From assembly GCA_050250895.1 (NCBI GenBank), contig JBFWNU010000007.1, forward strand, positions 256,001 to 320,000: a DNA stretch of 64,000 nucleotides, in the 5' to 3' direction. A program made the position numbers and the translations under genes. A model generated the notes under the pieces. That model was given only the letters and a program-made list of their open reading frames with translations. It searched no databases and was not told where the DNA came from. The first letter of the stretch is position 1. Each line of letters starts with the position of its first letter. Below are positions 46,145 to 56,163 of this stretch, in pieces. The stretch comes from Vulcanimicrobiota bacterium. Lineage in GTDB: Bacteria; Vulcanimicrobiota; Xenobia; Xenobiales; JADMJV01.

Positions 46145-46402
46145 GGGGAGCGCTCGCTTCGCTCGCGAGAGGGGAGCGCTTGCTTCGCTCGCGGGAAAGG
46201 AGCCGCCCTGCGGGCGGGGACAAGAAGCGAACCGAGCTGTCGCTCAGTTCGAGAGAACTCTCCTGGCGCCTGGCTCTCTGCCGACCTGACAGCGTCGAAA
46301 TCTCCGCGCGAAGCGCCCGGCTCCTTTTTAACCCGGCGTAGCCGCTCCTCGTCGGCCGCAGGCCGATATCTCGGTGCCCGGCACCGCTCCCTGCGGCCGG
46401 GC
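46145..46402. repeat. Modular palindromic intergenic repeat, copy E (diverged)
   Basis: GGGGAGCGCTCGCTTCGCTCGCGAGAGGGGAGC and further small hairpins shared with copy D. Confidence 0.65.
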
Positions 46403-47752
46403 TCAATCCACGAAAAGCGGTAGCTTCTCGAGGCGCCAGCCTTCGGGGGTGAGGTAGAGGTGGGCGGCCGGGTCGTCGGGACTGGGAGTGGGGGAGCAGA
46501 AGTCGGATTGACTGGCGTGGACCAGATTGCCCTGGGCGTCATAGGTCAGGGTGGCTCCGGCGGTGGCGGTGAGGGTGGCCTGGCGACCGGCGAACTCGAC
46601 CGGTTGATCGCGCTGCGATAGGTAGGTTACCGAGGTTAGACCGGCATGCTCGACCCGACCGGTGGGCTGACCGAGCAGGGCCAGGTCGAGGTCGGGTGCT
46701 GGCGAAAGGATACCGGCCTGGAGAAAGGCGGATTCCAGGGCGGAGGTGTGTAGCCCCGAGAGGTGCAGTTGGTCGGCCCGCAGCATGCCGCGGGCCACAT
46801 CGGCGAAGCGAGCCTGGTCGGGGGCGGCCAGTCGCACCCCCTCCACTAACAGCTTGCCCATCACCGAACCGGCCGCCTGCAGAGCCTGGACCCGGTCGCC
46901 GGGGATGCTTTCGTAGACGTTGACCAGGGCGGTGTAGAAAGCCCGCGTGAAGATCTGGCAGAAGCTATGAGACTCGCTGGTCAAGACGTCGCGGGGGCCG
47001 TCGTTGGGCAGCTGCTCGGGTGGAACATAGCTGAAGTCGTTGGCGGCGGTGCGCAGGTAGGGAAAGTCGTCGTCGGAGTTGCGATTGGCCAGGCGCACGG
47101 CCGTACCGAACTCCTCAGCGATGCGCGAGATACAGTTCTGGCCGCGCATGTCACCGGCCACCGCCTCGGCGCAGTTGGCCGGTCGCGAGATGGCCAGCAG
47201 CATGGCGGCGCAGTCGCCGAAAGCCTCATGGAAGGCTCGGGTCTCCTTGTCGAAGGTCTGTCCCCAGGCGGGTTTGAGGCCGTCGAGGATGGCGTGGCCG
47301 GTTTCGTGGGCGACCACGTCGCTGGATTGGGCCGTCTGGACGGTCTTACCCAGGGCCCGGGACTCGAAGTAATAGAAGTTCACCGCCTGCTGCCAGCGCA
47401 CATAGTAGGCGTTGGCGCCTTCGCCGGCGTGGGGAATGACCGCCAGCTGAGGGTCGTCAAAGGCCCAGTGGATAGGCCCCCCGGCATACTCCTCGAACAG
47501 GTCCAGCGTCTTCTGGGCGGTGACGAACGATTGCACCTGGTCGAACTTTGCCTGATCGGGTTGGAAGAGATAGTTGCCGTCGCGGTCGGCGCTGGCCCGC
47601 AGGCCGCGAGGCTCGACGACCCCCAGGCGCGGCCCTTCGACCCGGTTGCCGATCTTGACCGAGTCGATGGTTTCTTCTTCGGTTTCGGCTACGCTTGCGT
47701 CCTGACGATAGACGCGCACCCGCGAGAGATTTGAACTGACAGGCTGCACCAC
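46403..47752 (-). CDS. M4/M36-like (thermolysin/fungalysin-type) metallopeptidase
   Basis: NAYY, DVVAHETGHAILD, FHEAFGD, ESH. Confidence 0.85.
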   Translation of the reverse strand: MVQPVSSNLSRVRVYRQDASVAETEEETIDSVKIGNRVEGPRLGVVEPRGLRASADRDGNYLFQPDQAKFDQVQSFVTAQKTLDLFEEYAGGPIHWAFDDPQLAVIPHAGEGANAYYVRWQQAVNFYYFESRALGKTVQTAQSSDVVAHETGHAILDGLKPAWGQTFDKETRAFHEAFGDCAAMLLAISRPANCAEAVAGDMRGQNCISRIAEEFGTAVRLANRNSDDDFPYLRTAANDFSYVPPEQLPNDGPRDVLTSESHSFCQIFTRAFYTALVNVYESIPGDRVQALQAAGSVMGKLLVEGVRLAAPDQARFADVARGMLRADQLHLSGLHTSALESAFLQAGILSPAPDLDLALLGQPTGRVEHAGLTSVTYLSQRDQPVEFAGRQATLTATAGATLTYDAQGNLVHASQSDFCSPTPSPDDPAAHLYLTPEGWRLEKLPLFVD

Positions 47753-47846
47753 GCCCTCAGATTAGGCTGGGCGACCCGCCGGGTGGTTGCCGAATTATTT
47801 CCGGGTCGCCAGCAGGCTAGCAACCCGCGGCTTGGAATTGCTCAAG

Positions 47847-48977
47847 GTGGATCCGCTCGAGCAGTTGTTACAAGCTAAACGGGCCGAGGGGGCGTTCGAT
47901 TCCAGCGGCGACTTCACTATCGAACTCTCTGCCGCGCGCGCCAAGCTGGCCAAGTTCCAACTGGCTGACCCTGATTATTTCGTCCTCAAGCTACTTCAGG
48001 CCGCGGTGGCCGGAGGAGCCGTCAGGGGCAGTTTTCGTTTCCGGCTGAGCTATTTGCGCTTTCTCTTTGCTCTGCCCGAAGACTCCGTCTTGTTCGATCA
48101 AGACAGACTATTCGAAGGGCTGGCCCTGCCCGCCCTTTGTCCCCCGGGGGCAATCCGCCATCTGGCCATCTCGATCACCGCCGGTCTGACCACCCACCCG
48201 CTGCGAGTGGTCTGGTCGACCTGGCGGAGGGGTCAGTTGCAACAGCTCGAGTTCGACTTCAAGGAGCCGCGAGGGTTTGTCTCCAGTCAGCGCCCCAACT
48301 GGGCTACTCACGATAGTTGCTGTTATTTTCGCATCGAAAGAAACCTGGCTCGCTCGGGCCTGGTCATCGACCCCTCGCGGGCGCGCCGAGTGATCGCCCA
48401 GCGTTGCCGGTTCTTTCCCATGCCGCTCGAACTCGAAGGCGAGCCTTTTGTGCCACCACGCCCAACGGGTTGGCTGGACGGACAAGACTGTCTACTGCAA
48501 CTGATCGAGCCCGGAACGGCCTTGCGCCTAAAAGGAGGCGCCGGGGGAAAGCGAGTCGAGCCCGGCCTCTTCCTGGGCGGCCCGAAGTTCTTCTCGGAGC
48601 TGCACGGAGCCGACAGTTCCCGGTGGGACAGCTGTGCTCTGGCCGTGTGGTTGCCGCTCGAGCCCAAAGGGTCATCGCTGTTTCGGCTCACCAACCACGG
48701 TGTGAGCATGGACCCGGTGAGATTCGACACCCGGCCTAACGGTATGCTGGTGGTGGGGGATGGAACTGGCTTGAAGACCGACCTGTCCGAAATGGGTTGG
48801 GCCGTCGATGAGGAATGGCAGGCCTACGCTCGCAACATCGAGGCCAGGGTCCAGGCGGGACTGCTCAGGCTCGAGCCGCACCTTGATGGCCTGGCCCGCT
48901 GGGGTCGCCTGCTGCCGTTCGCCAACCAGGACCGGGTCGAGAGAGTCCGCCGGACTTTCTACAGCAGGCTCGATTAG
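47847..48977 (+). CDS. Hypothetical protein, paralogue of 62311-63570
   Basis: DSSGDFTIE..ARAKLAKFQLADP..FVLKLLQAA N-terminus; GTG start assumed (alternative 47787). Confidence 0.7.
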   Translation: MDPLEQLLQAKRAEGAFDSSGDFTIELSAARAKLAKFQLADPDYFVLKLLQAAVAGGAVRGSFRFRLSYLRFLFALPEDSVLFDQDRLFEGLALPALCPPGAIRHLAISITAGLTTHPLRVVWSTWRRGQLQQLEFDFKEPRGFVSSQRPNWATHDSCCYFRIERNLARSGLVIDPSRARRVIAQRCRFFPMPLELEGEPFVPPRPTGWLDGQDCLLQLIEPGTALRLKGGAGGKRVEPGLFLGGPKFFSELHGADSSRWDSCALAVWLPLEPKGSSLFRLTNHGVSMDPVRFDTRPNGMLVVGDGTGLKTDLSEMGWAVDEEWQAYARNIEARVQAGLLRLEPHLDGLARWGRLLPFANQDRVERVRRTFYSRLD

Positions 48978-48998
48978 GCTGGTCGCGAAGGGGCTGCC

Positions 48999-49913
48999 GT
49001 GTCTACCCTGGTGACCGGCGAAAGAGGCTTTGTGGGCAGCTATCTAGCTGGTGCCTGGCCGGATGTGATCGGGCTGGGCCGAGTGGACATCACCGAGTCG
49101 GCCCGCCTCAAAACGAGGGTCTCTGAGCTTCGTTTCGAGCGGGTAGTCCATCTGGCCGGAGTGAGCTTCGTGCCCGATTCGTTTGCCGACCCGGCCCGCA
49201 CCCTGGCCATCAACCTGGGGGGGACCCTCAATCTGCTGCAAGCCCTCGACGCCATCGGCTTCACTGGCTGCCTGCTCTACGTCGGCTCGGGGGCGGTCTA
49301 TGGGGAGGTCGAGCCTGAGCACCTGCCGGTGCTCGAAGAGCGGCCGCTGCGTCCGCCTACTCCCTATGCGGTCAGTAAAGTGGCGGCTGAAGCGCTGTGT
49401 TACCAATGGAGTCGCACCAGCCCTTATCGCATCGTGATGGCCCGGCCCTTCAACCACACCGGTCCGGGCCAAAGCGAGCGCTTCTTTGTGCCGGGGTTGG
49501 CTCGCCAGCTGGTCGAAATCCAGGCCGGCCGCCGCGAGTGCAGGCTTGAGCTAGGAGATCTCGGGGGCAGCCGAGATTTCAGCCATGTAGCCGACGTGGC
49601 CCGAGCCTATCGAGCGCTGCTCGAGAATGGCCATAACGGCGAGGCTTACAATGTGTGCTCGGGGCGCGAGACGCGCTTGCTCGAAGTGGTCAGGCGAATG
49701 CAGGCCCTGGTCGGGCTCGCCTTGCCGGTGACCAGCGGCCAGCGCAGCCATCGACCCAGCGAGCAAAAGCGTATGGTGGCAAGCTTTCAGAAGCTGAATG
49801 CTCACACCGGCTGGCGGCCCGAGCACGATCTCGATAGCTGCCTGCGTGACGTGCTCGAATACTGGGGTCACAGTTCTGGGATGTCGTCGGCCAGTCCGCT
49901 CGAGCCTTCCTGA
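48999..49913 (+). CDS. NAD-dependent epimerase/dehydratase (Rmd / GDP-mannose dehydratase-like)
   Basis: LVTGERGFVG, HLAGVSFVP, YAVSK, RPFNHTGPGQ, RDF. Confidence 0.9.
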   Translation: MSTLVTGERGFVGSYLAGAWPDVIGLGRVDITESARLKTRVSELRFERVVHLAGVSFVPDSFADPARTLAINLGGTLNLLQALDAIGFTGCLLYVGSGAVYGEVEPEHLPVLEERPLRPPTPYAVSKVAAEALCYQWSRTSPYRIVMARPFNHTGPGQSERFFVPGLARQLVEIQAGRRECRLELGDLGGSRDFSHVADVARAYRALLENGHNGEAYNVCSGRETRLLEVVRRMQALVGLALPVTSGQRSHRPSEQKRMVASFQKLNAHTGWRPEHDLDSCLRDVLEYWGHSSGMSSASPLEPS

Positions 49914-51595
49914 TAGGCCCGATGCAACACGTAGAAGTGGCTCTCTCCTTCTTTAAAAGCCACCGTCAGCTCGAAGCGGAACTCGCTCCCCTCGAATTCG
50001 ACCGGAATGGGCATCTGATCGCCGTCGATACTCACCTCGGGTTCGGGTATCAGGCTGGGTGAGCCAAAGCGCAGCGCTAGTTTGGCCAGCGGCAGGCCGG
50101 TGGGGCTGACGATCAGATAGCTGCCGAAGATGGCCGGCATCGCGATTTCGTGGTTGCCTTCGGGAGCCTCGAGCCGGTAGCGCACCCGCCACAATACGAA
50201 TACCCAAAACAGCAAAGCCGCAAGGCCCAAAAGACCGAGCAGCAGCACGGTCATCAACACCCGCGGAAAGCTACTGGCCCGGACCTTGATGATCAGGTTG
50301 CGTTCGAATTCGATCACACGCTGGTTGGACTCGGTCTGGGTGCCGTCTTGATCCGGTTGGTACAGCATGAAGAATTCGATAGCATCGAGGTTGGGAACGT
50401 ACTTCACGCGCTCGCGCATCTGGTCGGAGAGAGCTGGCCGGATGGCTCCCTCTTCGAGATTGGTTTGATTGAGGTCGAGCACCACCTTGACTCTGACCTT
50501 GCCCTCGACCTGGGGAAGCCAGCGGGCGAAGGGCGACTTCAGCATGTCCCAGGTAGAGCGTTCGAGTTCGAGCGAACTATCTTGCAAGCTCAAGACATAG
50601 AAGTTCAGACTGGTCTCGTTGGGTTTGATCGACAGCGTTCGGGGAGTGACCTTGGAATTGACCGTCACCGCACCGGCCCGTCGATAGGGGCGGGGCACTT
50701 CGAGCTTGACGGTGGCGTCTTCCATGGTTGCATCCACGATCTCCCACCCTTTGAGGTTGGAGTGAATCTTGAATTTCAATTGACCTCGAATGCGGTCGCC
50801 CTCATTGACGGTGAGCACGGTGGCGCCACCCTCCTGGGTGGCGGTGCCGCCCTCGTAGACGAGTTCGCGGTCGAACTTGAGCACCGATTCGCCGGCTTTG
50901 TTGTAAAGCGGCCGGAAGAGCACACCCTCAAAGCCCGTGCGCTGGTGAATCTCGTCCACAAACTCGTCCATCCAGGGCAGACTGTCGCCCTCCTGGGGCT
51001 GGGCCAAAAGATACATCACCAGCGCATCCTTGCGGCCCGAAGTGGGGTCCGCCAGGGGAAAAAAGAAGACGTGGGAGTAATCGGGGCTGCTGCGCAGGCG
51101 TTCATAGAACAGAGCGTCGGACTGGTTGCCGCTTAGATTGTTCTCGTTGTCCGTGATGACCCAGGTGAGGACCGTTTTGGCCGGAGTCTGCCGAGCGTGC
51201 TGCAAGGCCATATCCAGAGCCCGGGCCATGTCGGTCGCGCCCGCTCCAGGGGTCGGCAATTCTCCCAGCCGAGCCGGCAATTCGGCCAGGGCGATGGGGC
51301 CAAAGGGAACGCGCTTCTCTTTGAGGTCGGTGGCCGCATCCGAGAACGGCTGGACGATGATGATATCGTTGCTGGCGAAATAGTTGCCATCAGGAGCAAA
51401 GAGGTGGACCAGAAACTGGGGGATGGTGGGCTCCCATTGAGTGCCGGCACCTTCAACCCGGACGGCGTAGCCTCGCTCGCGCAGGCTGCCCGAGACATCG
51501 AGCAGGATGATGTGGGTGACCGGTTCGGCCATGGGCCGGGCCCAGACCAAAAGCGTGCAGGCCAACCACAAGACCAGGAGCCAGATGCGTGTCAC
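49868..51595 (-). CDS. Exported, membrane-anchored vWA-domain protein
   Basis: Signal peptide; MIDAS DVSGS..TD..ITD; C-terminal TM followed by a cytoplasmic beta domain. Confidence 0.78.
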   Translation of the reverse strand: MTRIWLLVLWLACTLLVWARPMAEPVTHIILLDVSGSLRERGYAVRVEGAGTQWEPTIPQFLVHLFAPDGNYFASNDIIIVQPFSDAATDLKEKRVPFGPIALAELPARLGELPTPGAGATDMARALDMALQHARQTPAKTVLTWVITDNENNLSGNQSDALFYERLRSSPDYSHVFFFPLADPTSGRKDALVMYLLAQPQEGDSLPWMDEFVDEIHQRTGFEGVLFRPLYNKAGESVLKFDRELVYEGGTATQEGGATVLTVNEGDRIRGQLKFKIHSNLKGWEIVDATMEDATVKLEVPRPYRRAGAVTVNSKVTPRTLSIKPNETSLNFYVLSLQDSSLELERSTWDMLKSPFARWLPQVEGKVRVKVVLDLNQTNLEEGAIRPALSDQMRERVKYVPNLDAIEFFMLYQPDQDGTQTESNQRVIEFERNLIIKVRASSFPRVLMTVLLLGLLGLAALLFWVFVLWRVRYRLEAPEGNHEIAMPAIFGSYLIVSPTGLPLAKLALRFGSPSLIPEPEVSIDGDQMPIPVEFEGSEFRFELTVAFKEGESHFYVLHRAYQEGSSGLADDIPEL

Positions 51596-52878
51596 GATTG
51601 CTCCAGCCGAGCCGCCACCAGTTCCCCTTCAGGACCGCACACATAGAGTCGGTTGCGCCCCGCCACCGGCGGGCTGGGCAAGCTGCCGACCGCGGTGAAC
51701 AGTTTGCGTGAGCGAAGAGCCTGCAGGGCTGTGCCACGCAAGTTGAGTTGGTAGACCGTACCTTCGTTGCTCACCAACAGGGCGTGCTCCTGGCCGACCA
51801 GCGGTTCCTGGGTGCAGTACTGGGGAAGTTCCAGTTCGGCCGTCTTTCCCGAGCGAAGCTCGAGCTTGCGCACCAACTTGCCGTGACAGGAGACCAGATG
51901 GGTGCGCGAGGCTCCCAGGGCGAAAATCGGTTGACTGACGGGCTGGGCCAGGGGGGTGCGGGTCAAACCGTCCTGACAATGCACTTGATAGATGGCGCCG
52001 TCGGCGCCGGCCAGCAAAGCGAACGAGCCCCGACCCAGAAGGCCGGTGGCGGCCAGGCCCTCGCTCAGGTGCTCCTCTCCGGTCAGTTGACCCGAATTGA
52101 GGGCATAGGCCCACAAGCGCCCGTCGGCCAGGCCCACCAGCAGGTGGCCATCGAGAAAGCAGAGGGTAGCGAACGTGTGGGGGTCGGCCGCCCCGGCCGG
52201 CGAGCGCGTCCACAACAATTCGAGAGTGCCGGCCCCCTGGTTGGCGAAGACGGTTATCAAGACCCGGTCCTGATGGCGGGTGGCCAGGGCGGCATAGTGC
52301 TCCCCGTCGCTGGCCATGTGAGAACAGACCTCGCCCTTGAGGGGAAAGACGCCCCGCCGCGGGGTGGCTCCGGGACTAAGTTCGAGTAGGTCCACCAGAT
52401 CGGCCACCACCAGGCGGTTACCGCAGGCGGCCAGCAACAGTCCGTCGAGAGCTGCCGGCGAGGCGATCAATTCTTCCACCCCGGCCAGGGGGCCGCGGTA
52501 GAGCGGGATCGAGCTTTCTGGTTCAAAGACAAAAAGCTCGCCGGCTCGAGTGAGTCCCACAAAGAGATCGCCGATCACCAGCGGTGCCGTGGAGATCGCT
52601 TGACCCAGTTCCGCGCTCCAGGCCAGCTCGACCTCATCGTCGAGGTCGAGCGCGGCCTCCATCACGAAGCTGGCGTTGTCGCCGCCGCGCGTCTGCCAGC
52701 TATACTGGGCCCCAGCCAGGCCGCAGCCTCGACAAAAACGGCTCAGGAGCCGATTGAAAAGGCCGCAATCCGGACATTTCACGAGAGGTCGGCGGCGACA
52801 GCTACAAGCTGTTTCTTCCGGCTTTAGCAAGCAGGCCGTGCCCACGGGGGGATAAGGGCACTCGAGCGTCTGGCTCAC
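51592..52878 (-). CDS. Zinc-ribbon plus PQQ-like beta-propeller protein
   Basis: CPDC..N....RFCRGCG; LAWSAELG..STAPLV, ASPA, GADGAIY repeats. Confidence 0.75.
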   Translation of the reverse strand: MSQTLECPYPPVGTACLLKPEETACSCRRRPLVKCPDCGLFNRLLSRFCRGCGLAGAQYSWQTRGGDNASFVMEAALDLDDEVELAWSAELGQAISTAPLVIGDLFVGLTRAGELFVFEPESSIPLYRGPLAGVEELIASPAALDGLLLAACGNRLVVADLVDLLELSPGATPRRGVFPLKGEVCSHMASDGEHYAALATRHQDRVLITVFANQGAGTLELLWTRSPAGAADPHTFATLCFLDGHLLVGLADGRLWAYALNSGQLTGEEHLSEGLAATGLLGRGSFALLAGADGAIYQVHCQDGLTRTPLAQPVSQPIFALGASRTHLVSCHGKLVRKLELRSGKTAELELPQYCTQEPLVGQEHALLVSNEGTVYQLNLRGTALQALRSRKLFTAVGSLPSPPVAGRNRLYVCGPEGELVAARLEQS

Positions 52879-52882
52879 GGGG

Positions 52883-53377
52883 TCAGTTGAGGCCGAAGCG
52901 ACAGGCCTGATCGATGCGGGCTTCCATCTCGCCGGGGTCGGACTGATAGACATAACCAAGCTCTTCAGCTAGATGACGGCGCGATTTCTCGAGCATGGTC
53001 TGGTCTTTGGGCGAGAGCTTGCGACGGGTCGAAAGCGCGGTCAGGCTCTTGATGACTTCGCACAGCTGAAAGACATCGCCCGTCTTGAGTTTGTTGAGGT
53101 TGAACGTATAGCGGGTTGGCGCTTTGGTGGGCAGTTCGATGTCGTATCTCTGGAGATACTCCATGATCTCGGGAACTTCGGTGGTTTCGACCACGGGCCG
53201 CACCATACTGTCCTTGCGGTCCAGGTTGATCATGATTTTCAAACCATCGTCACCGAAGGAACTGACCGTGAATCGGGTCGGTCGTCCCAGAACAATCTTC
53301 TCCTCGATGGATTCGACTGTACCCAGGCCGTGCAGGGAGTGGAAGATTTTGCTTCCTTCTTCTAGTATCATACTCAT
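52883..53377 (-). CDS. CarD family transcriptional regulator
   Basis: FHSLHGLGTVESIEEK..VRP..KLKTGD..EVIKSL..LAEEL; the conserved CarD Trp is not evident. Confidence 0.85.
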   Translation of the reverse strand: MSMILEEGSKIFHSLHGLGTVESIEEKIVLGRPTRFTVSSFGDDGLKIMINLDRKDSMVRPVVETTEVPEIMEYLQRYDIELPTKAPTRYTFNLNKLKTGDVFQLCEVIKSLTALSTRRKLSPKDQTMLEKSRRHLAEELGYVYQSDPGEMEARIDQACRFGLN

Positions 53378-53444
53378 AACACAATGCTCCTCAGTCGCAG
53401 AACGACTACTAATGGGGTATACCCGAAGGATTGCCGCCTCAATC

Positions 53445-54176
53445 ATGGACAATCGATTCTCGAAACTGGTGTTTAGTTCGCTGGTGGTGCACCTGGTAGT
53501 GCTGGCCGCAATCGTGGCCTGGTTGAGCCGACCCCAGGGCGGCCAACCGGCTGAGGAATTGGTGTTACGCTCGGTCGAACTCGAGAAGGCCCAACCGTCT
53601 CGACCGCTTGAGCCGGCGCCCGCGCCGACCGCCCCACCCCAGCCAAGCCAGGCCAAACCCCGCCCCCGACCGACGCGCCCCCAGTCAACCCAGGCGCCCC
53701 CGCCGCCGTCACGGGCTCCCCAGGGATTTTCCCGACCTGCCTATCCCCAGGCCAGGGCCAAGCCTACTCCTCACGACACCCGTCGCCCCCGACCGGAGCC
53801 GGTCCCCGAGCCTGGTCCGGCTGAGCCGCCGGCCTCGCCCGCTCCGACGCCGGCCTGGACCCCCCCGGCTCCCGTCAGCGCCCCGACGGGTCCGTCTGGT
53901 GATGGCGATGCGGGCGAGATGGTGACGCCCGCCAGGCCGCTTTTCATCCCTGAACTCCATCTGCGCGATCCCAATCGCAAGTTGGTGTCGGTGGCGGTCA
54001 TCTTCACCGTGCGTCCGGGGGGAGACTTCGAGGTGCGGCTGGCCCGCTCGACCGGCGACGCCGAACTTGACCGTCAAGCCCTTGAACAGCTGCGTAAATC
54101 CAGGTGGCGAGCCAAGAAGATCAATGGCAAAGAGGTCGAGGCCGAGGTCAAGGCCGAGGTGGTCAACGTTCCTTGA
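53445..54176 (+). CDS. TonB-like energy transducer
   Basis: SLVVH TM motif, Pro-rich spacer, C-terminal STGDAELDRQAL..WR. Confidence 0.8.
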   Translation: MDNRFSKLVFSSLVVHLVVLAAIVAWLSRPQGGQPAEELVLRSVELEKAQPSRPLEPAPAPTAPPQPSQAKPRPRPTRPQSTQAPPPPSRAPQGFSRPAYPQARAKPTPHDTRRPRPEPVPEPGPAEPPASPAPTPAWTPPAPVSAPTGPSGDGDAGEMVTPARPLFIPELHLRDPNRKLVSVAVIFTVRPGGDFEVRLARSTGDAELDRQALEQLRKSRWRAKKINGKEVEAEVKAEVVNVP

Positions 54177-54177
54177 G

Positions 54178-55203
54178 CTAGAACGAATTCCGGATATAGC
54201 TCGTGATCATGTCGCGATAACCGGTCATGGTGAAGTTGACGATCACTTCGTTCTCGACTCCGGTCACCTGGAGCGCCCCGGCTCGGCCGTACTCCTCGAG
54301 TACCTCTCGGGCCTGCAAGACCACGTTCTTGACCGCTTCCCGCGCTTCTTCCGAGCGGGTCTCGAAGCGAATCAAGAACTCCAGGTTATTGTCGTCGACC
54401 AGATCGCCCTCCCAGGCCATCAGTTCGACTCCCTCGAGCACTTCATCCAGACGCTCTTTGCCAACCTTCTCGACGACTCGCTGGGTGTCATGCTTGTTGA
54501 GCCAGTTCAGAAATTTGAGTAGCGAGCCCTTCTGGTTGAGGATGGCGCCGTAAGTGTCTTTGTTTCGGTCGAGGTCGGCCAGGGCTCGGGTGAGGCGCGT
54601 CTTCGGCATGGTGGCGTCGCCTTTATCCAGGCGTTGTAGAATCAACTCGGCTTTGGCCACCGTAGGAAAGCTGATGAAGCTTCGTTTGTAGCGGGTCAGA
54701 ATGCGCGAGCGGGTGGGGTCCTCCCAGCCCTCGCGGAGCACCAGCGAGGCGGCTTCGTAGTCTTTGGTGGGATAGGGGGCCCCGATAGAGTCGTGGGTCA
54801 GGCCGCTATAAAAAATCTCTTGCAGGCTCGGCCAACCGGCTACCGTCACGGCCAGCATCGGATGAGGCCGACCGTCTTCACCCAGGCTGTCGACGCGAAT
54901 GCACTGGACCGGCAAAAATGAGGCCAGGGCGTTGCTGCCTCGTTGGATCTGGATGGCTCTCAAAACATACTTCAGGAAGGGATTTGCCCCGTTGCCATTC
55001 ACCCCTCCAAAGGCTTCCCAGGCCGCTTGCAAGAGGGCTTGAAAGCCCTTGTCTTCGGTGCGAGCGTCGACCACCGCCAGCGAGATTGCGTCAGGGGTGA
55101 CGAGAATCTCGGGGGCAGGAATGGCGCTTTGCTCGGTCGTCTCCTGGCAGAGCGCGGGTGCGGCCAGCAGCACCCAGAGGGTCAAAATCAAAGCCTGACG
55201 CAT
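54178..55203 (-). CDS. Hypothetical secreted protein
   Basis: Signal MRQALILTLWVLLAAPALC; GGAG RBS. Confidence 0.72.
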   Translation of the reverse strand: MRQALILTLWVLLAAPALCQETTEQSAIPAPEILVTPDAISLAVVDARTEDKGFQALLQAAWEAFGGVNGNGANPFLKYVLRAIQIQRGSNALASFLPVQCIRVDSLGEDGRPHPMLAVTVAGWPSLQEIFYSGLTHDSIGAPYPTKDYEAASLVLREGWEDPTRSRILTRYKRSFISFPTVAKAELILQRLDKGDATMPKTRLTRALADLDRNKDTYGAILNQKGSLLKFLNWLNKHDTQRVVEKVGKERLDEVLEGVELMAWEGDLVDDNNLEFLIRFETRSEEAREAVKNVVLQAREVLEEYGRAGALQVTGVENEVIVNFTMTGYRDMITSYIRNSF

Positions 55204-55368
55204 TGGTTGTTCATCTCCATTCTCACGCAACCACAAACCGGAGCCCTTCCATAAAGTTCCGGGGAGTGTCCCGAGGTTAACCAGGCTGCAACAAAGTTGA
55301 CGAACAAGAAACCTGGTGATGCCCTATGATTGACGCGTAAAGATACACACATTTTTCAGGAGACTACG

Positions 55369-56133
55369 ATGCACGTTAAAACCCTTGCCAGCCCTGCGGC
55401 GCGACCCAATGTCGCCCCGATGCGCCCCCCCGTGGCCAGCGCCGACAGCAACGAGCCCAAAGACAAAGTCGAAAAGGGCCCTTCCGAAGCCGGTGACTTC
55501 GTTCAGAAGTCGGTCGGCGGACTCACCATGCTGGGCCTGGCCATTCCGGCCATGTATGCCGGTGTCCTGGGCGGCGCCGTGGTTGGCACCATGCTGGGCG
55601 CCGGTTTTTCGCCCGTGCTTTCGTCGGTCACCACCTCGGGCGCTGGCAACTTCTTGCTGGGCGTCTGGCACGGCACCAGCTTCGCCGCTAAGGCCGGGAT
55701 GTTCCTCGGCGGTAGCGCTGGCCTGGCCGGAGCGCTGTCGATTGGCGCTGGCGTGGGTCGCACGGTCGGCCGGATTTTCGGCGGCGAGGGCGGAGACGGC
55801 AAGCCTAACCGCAAGCTCAACGCCCTGGGCAGCGCAGCGGCCTTCGTTACTACCGGTATCGGCGCGGCTGCCGGCACCACGGGCGGTGCGCTCATCGGTG
55901 CTGGCGTAGGCGCCACCGGTAGCTTCCTGGCTCAAGGCTTCTCGTTTGGCAACCTGGGCGGAGCGGCCGGCATCGGCGCTCTGGCCGGCGGAGCCGTCGG
56001 ACTGATGACCGGCAGCTGGGGCGGTTACAAGTTGACCACCACCGCCAACAACATCCTCGGCTGGGCCGCCGATAAAGGCAAAGGCGCCGTCGATGTGGTC
56101 ACCGATCAGCACAAGCCGAAAGAAACCAAGTAA
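55369..56133 (+). CDS. Glycine-zipper-like membrane protein
   Basis: AGGAG RBS; two repeated GxxxG-rich hydrophobic blocks. Confidence 0.8.
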   Translation: MHVKTLASPAARPNVAPMRPPVASADSNEPKDKVEKGPSEAGDFVQKSVGGLTMLGLAIPAMYAGVLGGAVVGTMLGAGFSPVLSSVTTSGAGNFLLGVWHGTSFAAKAGMFLGGSAGLAGALSIGAGVGRTVGRIFGGEGGDGKPNRKLNALGSAAAFVTTGIGAAAGTTGGALIGAGVGATGSFLAQGFSFGNLGGAAGIGALAGGAVGLMTGSWGGYKLTTTANNILGWAADKGKGAVDVVTDQHKPKETK

Positions 56134-56163
56134 GCTTCGTTTTTACCCCGGCGGGTGATGGCT

